Assembly (NCBI RefSeq): GCF_000008625.1
Contig: NC_000918.1
Span: forward strand, 1,519,336 to 1,551,335
From: Aquifex aeolicus VF5
GTDB lineage: Bacteria; Aquificota; Aquificia; Aquificales; Aquificaceae
DNA length: 32,000 bases
Reading direction: 5' to 3'
The position numbers and the translations under genes are program-made. This document shows, piece after piece, positions 29,860 to 32,000 of the stretch. A model generated the notes under the pieces. It did not search any database, had not been told where the DNA came from, and worked only from the letters and a program-made list of their open reading frames with translations. How positions within the stretch are numbered: the first letter of the stretch is position 1; every line of letters starts with the position of its first letter.

Positions 29860-30496
29860 ATCTATTTAAATGAAAAGATAAAAATTTCTCCAAAATCTCC
29901 CTTCCCTCTTCAAAATCTTTTCTTTTTATTTTTATCCTCTCATATTCCTCCAGTTGATGTATCTTTTTCAAGAGGTTTAGCAGGCTACTGCGTACTTTTA
30001 CCCCAGAACTTGATAAACTTCCCTTTTCTAAGTCCAAAAATGCGTACCTTCCTCTTACTCTTTCTCTCAAAAATAGGGGTTCGTAGCCGAGAGTTTTTAA
30101 AAGGTTTAAGAAAAACTTAAAGTAAGAAGCTTCAGGGTTCTTAGTTTCCTTTAAAAAGAATCTCAAAATGAGTGAGAATAACTCCTCGTCGTAAAAATTT
30201 ATATGCCTCAGAACGGTCTGGGAAATGTAGGACATTAAAAAGTATCTTTTCACATCTTTTGCGAAATAAGAAAATCTTTTTACTTCCAAAACGTCCCTTG
30301 GGATTATCAGCCCCGAACTCTGGTAGTAATCTATCTTTACGAGGTTAAAGGGTTCAAAAACTCCGAAGAGTTTCTTTTCGTTCAGGTATCCTTCCCTTAA
30401 AAACAGACTTACTTTCCCCGCAGTGCCATATAGGGTTGCGACGAGGTCAACGTCTCCTCCCCTTACCCTTCTCAAAACTAGGAAAGTGCCTTTCAT
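29858..30496 (-). CDS. Probable RecO-family DNA repair protein
   Basis: N-terminal OB-like pattern FLVLRRVRGGDVDLVATLYGTAGKVSLFLREGY and helical C-terminal FFLNLLKTLGYEP; weak family resemblance only. Confidence 0.55.
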   Translation of the reverse strand: MKGTFLVLRRVRGGDVDLVATLYGTAGKVSLFLREGYLNEKKLFGVFEPFNLVKIDYYQSSGLIIPRDVLEVKRFSYFAKDVKRYFLMSYISQTVLRHINFYDEELFSLILRFFLKETKNPEASYFKFFLNLLKTLGYEPLFLRERVRGRYAFLDLEKGSLSSSGVKVRSSLLNLLKKIHQLEEYERIKIKRKDFEEGREILEKFLSFHLNR

Positions 30497-30497
30497 A

Positions 30498-31757
30498 CTA
30501 AGGTTCTACGACTACACAGTGGTGAAAGTCTATGTATTTTCTGACCGCTTCTTCAACTTCCTCCCTCTTTACTTCACTTATACGCTTCGTGTACTCCTCG
30601 TCCATTTTCCAGCCGAGCCCCATAACTTCAAAAAAGCCCAAATACCAGGCTTGCCTTAACCTTGTTTGATGATCCAGGAGAAAGTCGCCTATTATTTTCC
30701 TCTTTGCCAGTTCAACGTCCTCTTCACTTACCCTTCCCTCGGAAACTACTTTGATTAAATCCTGAAGGGCGTTTTCCTTCTTTTCGGGAGAAGTGCCGAC
30801 GTATGCGAAAAGTCTGGGAGACGAGTACCTTGTGGGATAAAAGGAGTAAGTAGCGTAAGCATATCCCTTTTCTTCCCTCAAGACCTTAAATAGCTTTGAA
30901 GTCATTCCTTCTCCGAGAACCGCGTTGTAAACCTTGAAAACGAAGTAATCCTTTGAGTCTTTAGGCGGTGCGTTGAAAGCACAAAGTATCGTGGCCTGCG
31001 TCCCTTCCCTCTTTACCCTTTTTACTTCATTTTTCTCAATCTTTTTGTTAACACTTGAAAGTTCAAACTTTCCCTTCGGAATATCCGAAAAAGCTTCTTC
31101 CAAGAGGGGTAGGACATCTTCAGCTTTAAAGTCTCCGACAAGGACTACTACGACATTTTCTCCCTTTTTAATTTGATTAAAGCGTCTTATTAAATCCTCC
31201 CTGCTAACTCTTTCTACATCTTCATCTTTTCCCAGTGAGGAGTATTCGTAGGGTGTTCCTTTGTAAGTCAGTGTTCGCAGTTCTTCGTATGCGTAAGACA
31301 TTCCCCTCTCCCTCTTTGACCTTATAGCGACTATCTGGTTTCTCTTTTCGAGTTCCAGAACCTCTTCTTTAAAGAGTGGGTTCTGAATTATATCTCTAAT
31401 TACCTTCAGACCCTCTTTTAGTCCTTCAACTTTAGTGGAAAAACCGATTTCCGAAAAGTCGTCTTCGGAAGAGGAGTATATGTATCCCCCGTACTTTTCA
31501 AAGGGGTACGAAACTGCAGATGCATTGGGGTAATTCTTTGAACCTTTTAAGAGCATAGTAAAGAGGAGCTGTGTTTCTCCCCTCTTTTCCTCTCCGTGAA
31601 CGCCCCCTTTGAAGAAAATAACCCCGGAAACCAGTCCCCTTCCTTTTGTCTCTTTTATTATTACCTTTACGCCGTTTTCTAGCGTCTTATCCATAATCCT
31701 TTGCCCTCCGAAAAGTGGTAGGGAGATTACAAGGAGTAAAAAGAGAAAGTTTCTCAT
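30498..31757 (-). CDS. M16 (insulinase/MPP-like) peptidase-family protein lacking the HXXEH motif
   Basis: Signal peptide, LENGVKVIIKE, GGVHGEEKRGETQLLFTMLLKGSKNYP, SYAYEELRTLTYKGTPYEY, GKDEDVERVSREDL. Confidence 0.82.
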   Translation of the reverse strand: MRNFLFLLLVISLPLFGGQRIMDKTLENGVKVIIKETKGRGLVSGVIFFKGGVHGEEKRGETQLLFTMLLKGSKNYPNASAVSYPFEKYGGYIYSSSEDDFSEIGFSTKVEGLKEGLKVIRDIIQNPLFKEEVLELEKRNQIVAIRSKRERGMSYAYEELRTLTYKGTPYEYSSLGKDEDVERVSREDLIRRFNQIKKGENVVVVLVGDFKAEDVLPLLEEAFSDIPKGKFELSSVNKKIEKNEVKRVKREGTQATILCAFNAPPKDSKDYFVFKVYNAVLGEGMTSKLFKVLREEKGYAYATYSFYPTRYSSPRLFAYVGTSPEKKENALQDLIKVVSEGRVSEEDVELAKRKIIGDFLLDHQTRLRQAWYLGFFEVMGLGWKMDEEYTKRISEVKREEVEEAVRKYIDFHHCVVVEP

Positions 31758-31894
31758 TTTTCCTTTTCCACCTTAACTTTATAACCTTCCTTTCCCAAGT
31801 AATAACCGGCAGCTCCGCCAGCGGCCGCACCGACCATAAAGGCACAGGATGATAGAATGACACTAAGGAAACTCAAAAGGATAATAATCCTCAT
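31754..31894 (-). CDS. 46-aa lipoprotein with glycine-zipper-like segment
   Basis: MRIIILLSFLSVILSSCAFMVGAAAGGAAGYYLGKEGYKVKVEKEK; lipobox-like LSSC; TGA overlaps the M16 ATG (ATGA). Absent from the ORF track. Confidence 0.65.
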   Translation of the reverse strand: MRIIILLSFLSVILSSCAFMVGAAAGGAAGYYLGKEGYKVKVEKEK

Positions 31895-31931
31895 GTTTAA
31901 ATTATAGCGAAAGGTAGAGACAGTTATGAAT

Positions 31932-31961
31932 TTGCAAACTTGTAATTTTTAATGTTAAAAT
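31932..31961 (+). promoter_or_regulatory. Possible promoter for a gene starting beyond the right edge
   Basis: TTGCAA, 18-nt spacer, TAAAAT, followed by AT-rich leader and CGGAGG at 31988-31993. Confidence 0.35.
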
Positions 31962-32000
31962 AATTAAGCTAAACTCTTTACGATAAACGGAGGTTTGAAG

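Noticed and set aside
29827-30120. 97-aa plus-strand ORF after groEL
   Set aside because: Runs through the groESL terminator and antisense to the RecO-like gene; no start context.

Overview
Dense thermophilic bacterial chromosome segment. Gene content, codon usage and protein signatures strongly suggest Aquifex aeolicus or a close relative; this is recognition, not a search. Contents in order: the 3' part of recJ (running off the left edge), a small membrane metal-dependent protein, a CCA-family tRNA nucleotidyltransferase, a HIT/OppD-like ATPase/upp cluster, a metal (zinc-like) uptake cluster with an outer-membrane protein but no ATPase, sirtuin/kdsC/lptC/lptA/HU, tRNA-Pro(UGG), a dihaem cytochrome, aroK, thiG/thiS, TetR-moaE-moaA-TetR, sqr, two consecutive cytochrome oxidase gene sets (aa3-like and ba3-like) with two SCO proteins, uppP, a SAM-hydrolase-like protein, a TPR protein, groES-groEL, a RecO-like protein, a degenerate M16 peptidase and a small lipoprotein. 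No CRISPR array, phage, transposon or clearly new defence system is visible. The most notable observations are: (1) the N-terminal half of the ba3-type oxidase subunit II lies in another frame, joined at a CCC-C site; (2) a 41-aa single-TM ORF missing from the ORF track that looks like oxidase subunit IIa; (3) the aa3-type coxA, whose SD/ATG is followed by an in-frame TAA at codon 3 while homology continues; (4) a groES 3' extension overlapping the groEL SD and start; (5) non-CIRCE inverted repeats beside a consensus groESL promoter; (6) a perfect 20-bp palindrome between a TetR gene and moaE.
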